Shown here: in pieces, positions 44,489 through 54,013 of the stretch | How positions within the stretch are numbered: the first letter of the stretch is position 1 | Layout of the letters: every line of letters starts with the position of its first letter | Assembly (NCBI GenBank): GCA_963783385.1 | Contig: CAWANJ010000002.1 | Span: 320,001 to 384,000, forward strand | Origin: an uncultured Gemmatimonadales bacterium | Lineage (GTDB): Bacteria > Gemmatimonadota > Gemmatimonadetes > Palauibacterales > Palauibacteraceae | Reading direction: 5' to 3' | Length of the DNA: 64,000 nucleotides | The notes under the pieces: generated by a model | What the model saw: the letters and a program-made list of their open reading frames with translations, nothing else | The model's database searches: none | Told to the model about the DNA's origin: nothing | Translations under genes and position numbers: made by a program

Positions 44489-45778
44489 TCATTGTGGCCA
44501 GGAACAAGTCGTCCAACTGGAATCGGTAGGGGTGTAAACATAGAGCGAACCGGAGATGATTATGTGGGTCGTGTGCCGAGCCTTTGTCGTGAATGTATCT
44601 CGAAGGCTTGGAGCGCCGCCGCCCCAATGCGTATGAAAGTCTCCAGAGGCGCCTGCGTAGAAGGGCACGTGCACAGTGTCTCCTCCTGGTATCCCAGAAA
44701 CGGTTACGTGCAATGGATCGCTCCACGGAGCCCCGTACCAGCCGCCGAATTCCTGCCTGTTTAGCCACGACCGCCTGTAGAGCTTACCTGCCTGCTCGAG
44801 GAAGCTCGCGTTGAATTGACAATTGAACGTGTCGGCCCGAGCAGCCGCGGCTGCTCCACCCCCCGGAGGTCCAAACGCGGCAAAGCCGGAATTGGGGCCC
44901 GCACCGTCACCGACTCCCCCGAGGCCGGTCGCTGACGAGCCGCCATAGCCACCGACGGCCCCCGCACCGCCGCCACCGCCCTGGACGAGGACCTTGAGCT
45001 CCGTCGCCTCATCGCACCACGGATAGGGGGTCCAGGTGAAGTGGCAGTCGAGGTCAGAGGGATCCGTCCCGTTGACCGGACTGTTCCCCACGTAGGCGTA
45101 CGGGTTGATCCCGGCCGCGAGCCCGAGCGGGTCCTCGCTGAGGAAGCGTCCGAGCTCGGGGTCGTAGGAGCGGGCCCCCATGGCGTAGAGACCCTCGTGC
45201 CAGTCGAGCATCTGGCCGGCGTAGCGCAGCCAGTTGGACACCGTGGTCGAGCCGTGCTGGGCGTTCCCCCAGGGGTCGTAGCGGTAGTCGTTGGCCACGC
45301 CCGAGGCGCCGAACAGCCCGAGGACGGAGCCGAGGTCGTCGGTGGCCAGGTAGTGGGTCTGGGCGTCGCTGCGGACGCTGTGGGGCCGGGAGCCGCCGTC
45401 CCAGAGGTAGTGCAGCACGTAGCCGGTCTTGCCGCGCTCGACGCGGCGGCCGAAGCCGTCGTACTCGTAGCGCCACACGGTATCGCCGTCGGCGAGGCTG
45501 TCGAGCCGGCCGCTGGGGCTCCAGTAGAAGCTCTCGTCGACCCCGTTTCCGGACTTGGAGGTGAGCCGGCCGGCGGCGTCCCACGTGAGGCTGTAGCCGG
45601 CGAAGGAGCTCGGCCGATCGGCCGTGTCGATGACGGCGCCGTGGTCGGTGCGGTTTCCCACGGCATCGTAGGCGTAGAGCGCCGAGTCGGCGACGGGGTA
45701 ACCCGAATTGAAGGTGCAGTTGTTCACTTCGATCGAGCCGGGTGTGCAGGTGACGCCCGCGTTGGCCACGCGGTCCAC
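44489..45778 (-). CDS. Orphan Rhs core fragment plus JAB/MPN+-like toxin A
   Basis: YD repeats, ARSYDPELGRFLSEDP, PVNGTDPSD. Tail carries EFGG...FHTH...PSLRD. Confidence 0.8.
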   Translation of the reverse strand: MDRVANAGVTCTPGSIEVNNCTFNSGYPVADSALYAYDAVGNRTDHGAVIDTADRPSSFAGYSLTWDAAGRLTSKSGNGVDESFYWSPSGRLDSLADGDTVWRYEYDGFGRRVERGKTGYVLHYLWDGGSRPHSVRSDAQTHYLATDDLGSVLGLFGASGVANDYRYDPWGNAQHGSTTVSNWLRYAGQMLDWHEGLYAMGARSYDPELGRFLSEDPLGLAAGINPYAYVGNSPVNGTDPSDLDCHFTWTPYPWCDEATELKVLVQGGGGGAGAVGGYGGSSATGLGGVGDGAGPNSGFAAFGPPGGGAAAAARADTFNCQFNASFLEQAGKLYRRSWLNRQEFGGWYGAPWSDPLHVTVSGIPGGDTVHVPFYAGASGDFHTHWGGGAPSLRDTFTTKARHTTHIIISGSLYVYTPTDSSWTTCSWPQ

Positions 45779-46074
45779 GTACCCGGTGAGCTCCTCAGCC
45801 GCTGGCCGAGTTTTCGCGACCTCCGGCCCGGTAAGGAGCCGTCAGGCAACCCGCGCTCGCCAGCCCAAGGGCGAGAGAGTGGATGTCTCCAGACTGCGTA
45901 CAGCCGGGTGTCTCTTTACACAAATGGTCGTCCCGGTCCCGTGGACGAATGGAGCCACATCCGCTCCTGCTGAATTATGGAGGACGTGTCTCGGACCGCG
46001 GCCATGCGCAGCAAAGAAGGCGAAATTTCAGTGGCCGACCGGCTTCGGCGCCTCGGGCGTGAACGCTAGTCTCG

Positions 46075-46641
46075 TCAGGATTCCGGCAGGCGCCAAGCAC
46101 AGAAGTACCCGGCTGGAACAGGTCTAACATTGGTGCCCGCAGACCATGTACCAGTGAACCCAGTTCGGTCACCGTTTTGCACGTCCAGATCCACTCCCTG
46201 ATCGACGGCCATAGCATTGAGACGGGCCCCTCCAACCACGATAAAGAACCGTCCGCGATCCTTGAAGACCAGCACGCCAGGATGCTCTGGGTCCTTCGAC
46301 GAGGGTTCTGGTGATCCAATTGGAACGTTCCCGAGCCGCGTTAGTGGTGCCTCCATCCAGCCGGCGGCCGCCCAGCCAAATCTCCTTGCTCGCGCACTGA
46401 CCTCAAGTGTAAGCCGGCCCTGCACGATCGTATCTCGACGGGCTCCTTGCGTCACATGCAACTCGATAACAAAAACACCCACGAGATTGGCAAATTCGGC
46501 ATCCGGAGTTGATGTTGTGTCGGGCGGCTGGCACTTACTCTGTGTCATGTCCCGGTTCGAATGTGCCATGTCACATTGGCCGCCCACAATAATGAGGCAG
46601 CTTAGCATCAGAACCATTAGGTGAGTAGCTAGCAATTTCAT
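46075..46641 (-). CDS. Putative exported immunity protein for JAB-like toxin B
   Basis: Signal-peptide-like N-terminus, follows the Rhs-CT, paralog of 43834-44473. Confidence 0.65.
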   Translation of the reverse strand: MKLLATHLMVLMLSCLIIVGGQCDMAHSNRDMTQSKCQPPDTTSTPDAEFANLVGVFVIELHVTQGARRDTIVQGRLTLEVSARARRFGWAAAGWMEAPLTRLGNVPIGSPEPSSKDPEHPGVLVFKDRGRFFIVVGGARLNAMAVDQGVDLDVQNGDRTGFTGTWSAGTNVRPVPAGYFCAWRLPES

Positions 46642-46702
46642 CGTGCACCTTGGACGGCCCAATTACTCTGTGCAAGCCGTGGACACGACCGCGTGGTTCG
46701 AG

Positions 46703-47572
46703 TCAGTGCGGCCATCCACAAGCTGTGGTGGACATGTCACCAGGGGTGACCACATAAATGGTGTCGTTGGGCCCGAATATGGCCATTGTAGTTTGATATC
46801 TACGCACCCATACGATATCCGCCCCGCTAGGTCCAGGGTTTCCCCCGAGCCACCGCGGTACAATATGCGCGTGCCAGTTGCCGGAGCTTCCAGGATGAGG
46901 CAAGAGGTAGCCGCTCGTCATTGACGGATCTTGGATTGTATTTCGCAGTGGTCTGTCCCATGGGGGGCCATACCAGCCTCCGCGTTCAGTCGATGCAGCG
47001 TTCGAGTTGTTCCACTCCTCGTTTCCTTGTCGCAGGAAACCAGGACTGAAGCTGCAGTCAAACGTGTCAGCAGCAGCGGTCGCCGCGAACCCTCCGCCGC
47101 CCGGAAGTCCAAAGGCGGCAAAGCCGGAATTGGGGCCCGCACCGTCACCGGCTCCCCCGAGGCCGGTCGCTGACGAGCCGCCATAGCCACCCACGGGACC
47201 CGCGCCGCCGCCACCGCCCTGGACGAGGACCTTGAGCTCCGTCGCCTCATCGCACCACGGATAGGGGGTCCAGGTAAAGTAACAGTCCAGGCCAGAGGGA
47301 TCCGTCCCGTTGACCGGACTGTCCCCCACGTAGGCGTAGGGGTTGATCCCGGCCGCGAGCCCGAGCGGGTCCTCGCTGAGGAAGCGTCCGAGCTCGGGGT
47401 CGTAGGAGCGGGCGCCCATGGCGTAGAGGCCCTCGTGCCAGTCGAGCATCTGGCCGGCCCAGCGCAGCCAGTTGGACACGGTGGTCGAGCCGTGCTGGGC
47501 GCTCCCCCAGGGGTCGTAGCGGTAGTCGTTGGCCACGCCCGAGGCGCCGAACAGCCCGAGGACGGAGCCGAG
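46703..47572 (-). pseudogene. Orphan Rhs core end plus JAB/MPN+-like toxin B, interrupted by IS21
   Basis: PVNGTDPSG, then ERGG...WHAH...PSGAD. The core continues at 49841-49975 on the far side of the IS. Confidence 0.8.
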
Positions 47573-47678
47573 TGTCAATGGACGCCAAGTCTCACGATGT
47601 TAGCGGACGCACAGATTTACGACCCTGCTCCTGCTGGTGATCGTTCACCTCCGGGTTCGGGTGTGCCGGGACGGGTGC

Positions 47679-48461
47679 TCATTTCAGGAGCCGCTCGAGG
47701 TCACGGAGCCGGTAGCTCCTTCCCTTGATGTTGAGGACGTGGCAGTGGTGAAGCAGGCGGTCGAGGAGGGCGGTGGCCATGACCTCGTCGCCGGCCAGCA
47801 CCTCGGGCCAGTCCTTGACGGCCTTGTTGGTGGTGATGAGGATCGAGCCCTTCTGGTAGCGGTAACTGACGAGGCGGAAGAGGAGGCTGGCCTCGAGCCG
47901 GGTCATGGGCTGGAAGCCGACCTCGTCGATGATCAAGAGCGCGACGTTCATGTACTTCTTGGCGCGCAGCCGTCGGGGCGGCACGTCGGCGTCCTTCTTC
48001 AGGCTGTGGAGGAGGTCCTCGAGCCGGAAGAAGGCGACCGAGAAGCCGCTCTCGACCGCCTTGACGCCCAGGGCGACCCCGAGGTGAGTCTTGCCGACGC
48101 CAGGCGGGCCCTGGATGAGGAGCGTCTCTCGCTCGCGGATCCAGGCGCCGGTGGCCAGCGTCTCGATGCGGCTGCGCTCGAGGGAGGGCTGGAAGGCCCA
48201 GTCGAAGTCGGCCAGCGTGTAGCCGGTCGGGAGCCCCGAGAGGCGGAGCGAGGTCTTGATGCGCCGTTCCTCGCGCTGGCGGATCTCGGCCTCCAGGAGC
48301 CGGTCCAGGAAGCGGTGGGGCGGCACGTTCGACTTGACTGCTTCGGAGAGGAGCTCGCCCAGCCGCTCGGCCGCATGCGTGAAACCGAGCTGGACGAGAG
48401 CCTCCTGCGTCCGGTCGACGTCCAGCCGCCCCTTGCGGGCCGACGTCTGCGGGGCGCTCAC
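47679..48461 (-). CDS. istB: IS21 helper ATPase
   Basis: GPPGVGKTH, LIIDEVGF, ITTN, LLDRLLHH, GRSYR. Confidence 0.94.
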   Translation of the reverse strand: MSAPQTSARKGRLDVDRTQEALVQLGFTHAAERLGELLSEAVKSNVPPHRFLDRLLEAEIRQREERRIKTSLRLSGLPTGYTLADFDWAFQPSLERSRIETLATGAWIRERETLLIQGPPGVGKTHLGVALGVKAVESGFSVAFFRLEDLLHSLKKDADVPPRRLRAKKYMNVALLIIDEVGFQPMTRLEASLLFRLVSYRYQKGSILITTNKAVKDWPEVLAGDEVMATALLDRLLHHCHVLNIKGRSYRLRDLERLLK

Positions 48462-49729
48462 CGGGCCACCTCCGCCAGCGCGGCATACAGATCCACGGGC
48501 CGGGCCTCGACGGGCAGGAGGTAGATCTCCTGGAGCTTCCGGCCCATGCGGCCCAGCGGCGGCGGCGGGAGGACGCGGCCTGTGGCCTCGCCCTCGAAGC
48601 AGTCCGGGTCCATGAGGAGCCGCTCGGGCGTGTGCCGCGGGTAGGCCTTGACCACCCGGCCCTCGGCCCAGATCTGGACGACCCCGGCGCAGCCGCGCAC
48701 CTCGACCGCCTGGCCGGCCAGGGCGAAGGGAACCGCGTACTGACGGCCCTCGAAGGCCACCAGGCAGTCCCGGTCCACCCACCGGGTGACCGCCACGTCG
48801 AAGGGCTCGGGCAGGATCGGGAGCGGCCGGAGCCGCTCGAGCTCCCGGCGCCAGCTCTCGTGGACCGTGGCTCCGGTGGCCGGGCACACCGCCGTGCGCG
48901 CCCACCGGTCGATCCTCTCGTCCGTCCAGGCCTGCAGCTCGTCGAGGCCGCCGAAGCGGCGGCCCGCCGGATCCAGCCGCCTCCGCCCCAGCCTCACCTT
49001 GGCCTCCGCCTTCCCCTTGGCCTGCGGCTCCCGCGGCCCGCACGCGTCGATGTGGAAGCCGACCGTCTGCGCGTAGGCCCGGTAGGTGGGATGGATCGTC
49101 CCCCAGGCCCCCGCGCCGCGGCTCAGCGCCGTCTTCACGTTGTCGATGCGGTTCACCGCCGCCACGCCCTCCAGGCGCCGGTAGGCCTCGTTGTGGCAGG
49201 AGAGCCAGGAGACCTGGTCCTCCCGCCGGCTCCACACCGCCGCCGGACGGCGGCTGTGCGAGAGCGTCATCCAGAACAGGTGCAGGGGCTCGGGCCCCTC
49301 GCCCACGTCCACCCGCGCGATACTCCGCCCAGTCCGTCTGCGTCTGCGCCCCCGGAGGCGTCTCCACCCGCCGGTAGGTCCTGAGCTTCGGCCGGGATAC
49401 CGCGCCCTGGCACGTACCGCAGCACCGAGCGGTAGGAGCCCCGGTAGCCGTACTCCGCCGCCAGGTGCTCCCAGAGCTCCTGGACGTTCACCGGCCGCTG
49501 TCTGCTCCTCCCGGTCGGCGAACCAGTGCTCGATCACCCCGGCCAGCCGCTCGGCCCTGTAGGGCCGCTTCGAGCGACCGTCCTCGGCTCCCTCGGCCTG
49601 CCGCCTCAGGTGGTAGCGCACCGTGCCCTCGGTCACCCCCAGGGTACGCGCGATCTCGCAGTGGTTCTGCCTCTTCTCGGCCAGCACCCCGATCGTCACG
49701 GTCTCCTCCCTGCGAAGTCTCCTGGCCAT
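48458..49729 (-). CDS. istA: IS21 DDE transposase (several indels at 49320-49500)
   Basis: N-terminal HTH, ETPPG..QTDW, IDNVK, KGKAE, YAVP. Segments are distributed over three frames. Confidence 0.88.
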   Translation of the reverse strand: MARRLRREETVTIGVLAEKRQNHCEIARTLGVTEGTVRYHLRRQAEGAEDGRSKRPYRAERLAGVIEHWFADREEQTAAGERPGALGAPGGGVRLPGLLPLGAAVRARARYPGRSSGPTGGWRRLRGRRRRRTGRSIARVDVGEGPEPLHLFWMTLSHSRRPAAVWSRREDQVSWLSCHNEAYRRLEGVAAVNRIDNVKTALSRGAGAWGTIHPTYRAYAQTVGFHIDACGPREPQAKGKAEAKVRLGRRRLDPAGRRFGGLDELQAWTDERIDRWARTAVCPATGATVHESWRRELERLRPLPILPEPFDVAVTRWVDRDCLVAFEGRQYAVPFALAGQAVEVRGCAGVVQIWAEGRVVKAYPRHTPERLLMDPDCFEGEATGRVLPPPPLGRMGRKLQEIYLLPVEARPVDLYAALAEVAR

Positions 49730-49840
49730 CGGGGGCACCCTCCTTCGAGCTCGAGGTTCGAAGGTCTCGGTACCCCCGCCACTCCGCAGGGTCGTAAATC
49801 TGTGCGTCCGCTAAGGAGAAAAAGAACCCGTCCCGGCACA

Positions 49841-49975
49841 CCGAGGTCGTCGGTGGCCAGGTAGTAGGTCTCCTCGTCGGCGCGCAGGCTGTGGGGCAGG
49901 GCGCCGCCGGGGAAGTAGGCGTAGGTGGCCTTGAGCGCGGTGGCCCCGGCGTAGACGGCGAACAGGGAGCTTCCG
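49841..49975 (-). pseudogene. Rhs core fragment (5' part of the cassette disrupted by IS21)
   Basis: Encodes GSSLFAVYAGATALKATYAYFPGGALPHSLRADEETYYLATDDLG, nearly identical to the lead Rhs. Confidence 0.85.
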
Positions 49976-49998
49976 CGCCATTGACAGTACTGTGCTGT

Positions 49999-50253
49999 TC
50001 AGGGGTACCGGAGCCCTATAAGCGCCGCCGAAGAAGGAGAATGAGCCGACCAGCCCAGAGCATTCCCAGCGCTGTCGAGATCAGAATGCCAGACGCCAAA
50101 CGAGTGCGATATCGCCCCGTCAAGGCCGAAGGCCAGAAAGCCGACCGCGCTCACTGATGCGCGCAGCAGGGGAGTCATGGGGCGGTTGAGCTTCCTCCAG
50201 GTTCGCTCGAGCCGAGAAATCCTCTGGTCCTCGGAATTCACTGGTAGAATCAA
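49999..50253 (-). CDS. Putative small immunity protein
   Basis: Start overlaps the toxin stop. 84 aa with a hydrophobic segment. Confidence 0.45.
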   Translation of the reverse strand: MILPVNSEDQRISRLERTWRKLNRPMTPLLRASVSAVGFLAFGLDGAISHSFGVWHSDLDSAGNALGWSAHSPSSAALIGLRYP

Positions 50254-51143
50254 TGGTTTAGAGAACAGAATGCCGCCGTAAAGCCAAGGTGGCCAGCTAG
50301 CATACCAAGATCGATTGCTAGTCCGACATCACTGGCCTTCATCAAAGTGGCGCGCACAATCCGAGTCGAGTTCATGAAATGACCGGCCTCCCATGCCGCT
50401 GAGAGCGGCATGTCAAGGCCGGGCATACGCAGCGCTCTTGGAAGGGCAACCACTCCAAGTAGGCTTCCACTGATATAGCTACCTACCGTCGCATCGAAGG
50501 AAAGAGCCGCCGCTTCGCCTATGTCGTTTATGCCCTCCTCGAAGAGCTGTCTTCCCCTGCGGTAGCAGTCGCCGAAGGATGGATCCGACCTTGACAAACC
50601 GCGATCTCCGACGCCGGTGGCGGCGGGCAGCTGTGCCCCAGCGAGACTGCTGCTGTGCAGCGCGCTCCCGGAAGGCCGCGACGTCCCGTTCGCGAGGGCC
50701 GCGGTGAGCACGGTCAATAAGTTGCCGAAGGACCAGCCGCCGCCGCTCCCCTCCACTGCGACAAAGAGACCCGATGACCAGCATGGGTCGTCCCACGTGC
50801 CGCACTCGAGATCGGTGCCCATTGGATCGACGAAGTTGACCGGGCTGTTCCCCACGTAGGCGTAGGGGTTGATGCCGGCCGCGAGCCCGAGCGGATCCTC
50901 GCTGAGGAAGCGTCCGAGCTCGGGGTCGTAGGAGCGGGCGCCCATGGCGTAGAGGCCCTCGTGCCAGTCGAGCATCTGGCCGGCCCAGCGCAGCCCGTTG
51001 GACACGGTGGTCGAGCCGTGCTGGGCGCTCCCCCAGGGGTCGTAGCGGTAGTCGTTGACCACGCCCGAGGCGCCGAACAGCCCGAGGACGGAGCCGAGGT
51101 CGTCGGTGGCCAGGTAGTAGGTCTCCTCGTCGCTGCGGAGGCT
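50250..51143 (-). CDS. Orphan Rhs core end plus hydrophobic helical toxin tail
   Basis: YLATDDLGS...PVNFVDPMG followed by a unique tail with hydrophobic helices. No evident start of its own. Confidence 0.78.
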   Translation of the reverse strand, partial: SLRSDEETYYLATDDLGSVLGLFGASGVVNDYRYDPWGSAQHGSTTVSNGLRWAGQMLDWHEGLYAMGARSYDPELGRFLSEDPLGLAAGINPYAYVGNSPVNFVDPMGTDLECGTWDDPCWSSGLFVAVEGSGGGWSFGNLLTVLTAALANGTSRPSGSALHSSSLAGAQLPAATGVGDRGLSRSDPSFGDCYRRGRQLFEEGINDIGEAAALSFDATVGSYISGSLLGVVALPRALRMPGLDMPLSAAWEAGHFMNSTRIVRATLMKASDVGLAIDLGMLAGHLGFTAAFCSLNH

Positions 51144-51169
51144 CGTGAACTTCTCTTCCGTACATAAGG

Positions 51170-51373
51170 TCACGACTTGAAGCGCCGCCGAGCCGACTTC
51201 TCTCGCTCGGTTCGAGACCAGGAACTCGAACCACCAACGATACCGAAGAGGACGGATAGAGACACGAGGCCTACGGTATCTCCCGTACTCCACTGCCTTG
51301 AGCCCAGATGCGCCAAGAACATCGTTCCAAACACAGGCACGGCGACAAGAATCTCGGTGCATGCTGCGCCCAC
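51170..51373 (-). CDS. Small 2-TM protein, possible orphan immunity gene
   Basis: 67 aa, two hydrophobic segments, basic tail, same strand as the array. Confidence 0.35.
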   Translation of the reverse strand: MGAACTEILVAVPVFGTMFLAHLGSRQWSTGDTVGLVSLSVLFGIVGGSSSWSRTEREKSARRRFKS

Positions 51374-51381
51374 TGGCGCTG

Positions 51382-51906
51382 CTACGTCCGGGGCGTGTCC
51401 GCGCCCCGAAGGGAAGCCGCGCGTCCGCGGTCATCCAGGGTATGGATGGGTGCTTCGGGTGCCGAGTGCAACGACCGTCGGTGCTCGATTGTGAGGCGCA
51501 CAGCAATGAGCCCGAGCGTCACAATTATCAGCGCCCCAAGGCTGAGATCGTACGTGGCCATGACAAATGAGTATGCGGGCACAACGGTATACAGGAGAAG
51601 AATGTGGAGCGGGATTCCCCCGGTCCCGCCTTTCAGGCTCAATGTAGCGAGCATGGCGACCGGTCCGGCGAGATAGATCCCGACCAGCATCCAGACGCTC
51701 TGTCGGAATTTGTGATTCCAGAACCAGTCTCCAGCAAGGTAAGCTAAGCCGGAGGAAGCGGGGAGGAGCAAGGTGACCAGCCACAAAGGCTCAGTCGTTC
51801 GGAAGATGACCGAAATGAGCAAGTCGGGCAGCCAAAACCCGGCTGCGCCGAGCGCCACGGCAGCCAGAACCCGATAGTACCGCCTCATTTTGTGACTCTT
51901 AGGCAT
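51382..51906 (-). CDS. Putative multi-TM immunity protein
   Basis: Starts 4 bp after the toxin stop. About 5 TM segments, lower GC. Confidence 0.65.
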   Translation of the reverse strand: MPKSHKMRRYYRVLAAVALGAAGFWLPDLLISVIFRTTEPLWLVTLLLPASSGLAYLAGDWFWNHKFRQSVWMLVGIYLAGPVAMLATLSLKGGTGGIPLHILLLYTVVPAYSFVMATYDLSLGALIIVTLGLIAVRLTIEHRRSLHSAPEAPIHTLDDRGRAASLRGADTPRT

Positions 51907-51910
51907 GCAC

Positions 51911-53089
51911 TCATCCCTCCACCCAGCAGTAAACATGCTCTCCGATGCCGTACCGCGCGTCGAACCAACTGACCGACTGCGCCGCTCCACGGAGCACGGG
52001 GTTGGCAGAAGCTACATCAGTTAACACCGGAACGTACTTCCCATTCGAGTAGAACTGGAGGAGGCAACCCCGAATCGAATTCAACCTGGGCGTATCCTCT
52101 ATGTGTTTGCAGATCCAGCCGAGATCCGCTCTGCCGGTGGAGTCATAGATTCTGCATGCGCCCGGCGGCTTTGAGGGCCACCAGTGCTCGGTGCGTCCCG
52201 TGTCAGCCCGAGCAGCCGCACTGGCTCCTCCGCCCGGAGTCCCGAACGCAGCGAAAGCGGAATTGGGGCCCGCACCGTCACTGTCGCCCCCGAGGCCGGT
52301 CGCTGACGAGCCGCCATAGCCACCGACGGCCCCCGCACCGCCGCCACCGCCCTGGACGAGGACCTTGAGCTCCGTCGCCTCATCGCACCACGGATAGGGG
52401 GTCCAGGTGAAGTAGCAGTCGAGGCCAGAGGGATCCGTCCCGTTCGTCGGACTGTTCCCCACATAGGCATACGGATTGATCCCCGCCGAGAGCCCGAGCG
52501 GGTCCTCGCTGAGGAAGCGTCCGAGCTCGGGGTCGTAGGAGCGGGCGCCCATGGCGTAGAGGCCCTCGTGCCAGTCGAGCATCGAGCCGGCCCAGCGCAG
52601 CCAGTTGGACACGGTGGTCGAGCCGTGCTGGGCGTTCCCCCAGGGGTCGTAGCGGTAGTCGTTGGCCACGCCCGAGGCGCCGAACAGCCCGAGGACGGAG
52701 CCGAGGTCGTCGGTGGCCAGGTAGTAGGTCTCCGCGTCGGCGCGCAGGCTGTGGGGCAGGGCGCCGCCGGGGAAGTAGGCGTAGGTGGCCTTGAGCGCGG
52801 TGGCCCCGGCGTAGACGGCGAACAGGGAGCTTCCGTCCCACAGGAAGTGGAGGACGTAGCCGGTCTTGCCGCGCTCGACGCGGCGGCCGAAGCCGTCGTA
52901 CTCGTAGCGCCACACGGTGTCGCCGTCGGCGATACTGTCGAGCCGGCCCGTGGGGCTCCAGTAGAAGCTCTCGTCGACCCCGCTTCCGGACTTGGAGGTG
53001 AGCCGGCCGGCGGCGTCCCAGGTGAGGCTGTAGCCGGCGAAGGAGCTCGGCCGGTCGGCCGTGTCGATCACGGCGCCGTGGTCGGTGCG
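51911..53089 (-). CDS. Orphan Rhs core fragment plus Cys-rich toxin tail of unknown family
   Basis: RTDHGAVID...PTNGTDPSG, the shared DCYFTWTPYPWC linker, then a unique tail of about 95 aa. Confidence 0.8.
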   Translation of the reverse strand, partial: RTDHGAVIDTADRPSSFAGYSLTWDAAGRLTSKSGSGVDESFYWSPTGRLDSIADGDTVWRYEYDGFGRRVERGKTGYVLHFLWDGSSLFAVYAGATALKATYAYFPGGALPHSLRADAETYYLATDDLGSVLGLFGASGVANDYRYDPWGNAQHGSTTVSNWLRWAGSMLDWHEGLYAMGARSYDPELGRFLSEDPLGLSAGINPYAYVGNSPTNGTDPSGLDCYFTWTPYPWCDEATELKVLVQGGGGGAGAVGGYGGSSATGLGGDSDGAGPNSAFAAFGTPGGGASAAARADTGRTEHWWPSKPPGACRIYDSTGRADLGWICKHIEDTPRLNSIRGCLLQFYSNGKYVPVLTDVASANPVLRGAAQSVSWFDARYGIGEHVYCWVEG

Positions 53090-53092
53090 GCG

Positions 53093-53357
53093 CGAGTTCG
53101 TCGAGGGGGAGACTCCGATCGCGGTCCTAAACGCGGGCGGGGAGGCGGCCCGCAAGCGGGAGGAGCGCCTGGCCTGCCTCCGCGCCGCGACGGCGCCGAG
53201 GTGAAGCCTACTGGGCCGCCTCGGCGAGCTGGCCTGAGCCGACGGGACCCTCGTGCCCCCCATGCTGGACACCGTGCGCGCCTTCGCCACCCTGGGTGAG
53301 ATTCGCGCCACGCTGCAGGCGGTGTACGCCAGCTTCCCGGAGCCGCTGACCTTCTGA
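53093..53357 (+). pseudogene. Degenerate copy of the 3' end of the mutase large-subunit gene
   Basis: Colinear with 43517-43790 (e.g. ccccccatgctggac...gccaccctggg...gccacgctg...gcggtgtac...ttctga) with indels and stops. Confidence 0.9.
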
Positions 53358-53452
53358 ACTCTCCGGCTTGAGGCTCTGTCTCTGGTCCATTGCGTGACAG
53401 GTACCTGGGTAACGGAAGCGGCGCTTCAGGCGGCATTGGAAGACAACGCCGC

Positions 53453-53956
53453 TCACTCCTGCCCGGAGCGCTCAGACGAGTTGCCGTTTGCTTCTCGGTC
53501 CTCCCGTACGAGCCCGCGGTGACGCTTCCACCCGTACCTGAACGCCAGGCCATAGAAGGCACCGACCATTGCCCAGGCACCGAGAATGACCGCTGCGTGT
53601 GGGCGCAACCACCAGGAACCAAACCAGCTTATAGAAGTTAGCGCGAATACGAGGACAGTAGCCACGGAGCCGACTAGAGCCGACCCAAGCCACGACGCAG
53701 TCGCGATGGGCCGTAACAGTCCCACGCACATGCCGGCAGTCACGCCACCGAGCAGGTAGAACCCGAGCACCCATCCCCAAGAGATGCGTCGTAGGCCTCC
53801 GAGTTGCTGCACCTCGGTCGTCAGTTCCGCCAACGGATCAGCTCCGATGGCCTTGCCCACGGCTACGACCAGACTCGCGATCGTTCCTAGGACAACCGCC
53901 CATACTATGCCCCACTTCAGGCCCCAGCGGAGGTCCTCTGTCCAGGACCTAGCCAT
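53453..53956 (-). CDS. Putative 4-TM immunity protein
   Basis: Follows the toxin tail, GAGG SD, four hydrophobic segments. Confidence 0.65.
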   Translation of the reverse strand: MARSWTEDLRWGLKWGIVWAVVLGTIASLVVAVGKAIGADPLAELTTEVQQLGGLRRISWGWVLGFYLLGGVTAGMCVGLLRPIATASWLGSALVGSVATVLVFALTSISWFGSWWLRPHAAVILGAWAMVGAFYGLAFRYGWKRHRGLVREDREANGNSSERSGQE

Positions 53957-54013
53957 TATCCTCGACCGTCCCGTCCCAAAGTGCACGAGAAGGATGAGCT
54001 TCGGCTTTCGCCA

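Larger units (their letters stand above)
47573..49840 (-). mobile_element. IS21-family insertion sequence (2268 bp) with 5-bp target duplication CCGAG
   Basis: TG...CA ends. CCGAG at 47568-47572 and 49841-49845. Inverted subterminal repeat TTAGCGGACGCACAGATTTACGACCCTGC at both ends. istA-istB pair inside. Confidence 0.93.

Noticed and set aside
51911-53311. ORF-track N-terminal extensions of orphan Rhs ORFs (starts at 53311, 51506, 57180)
   Set aside because: The extensions read through the antisense mutase remnant, another small ORF or intergenic DNA. Rhs homology starts later.
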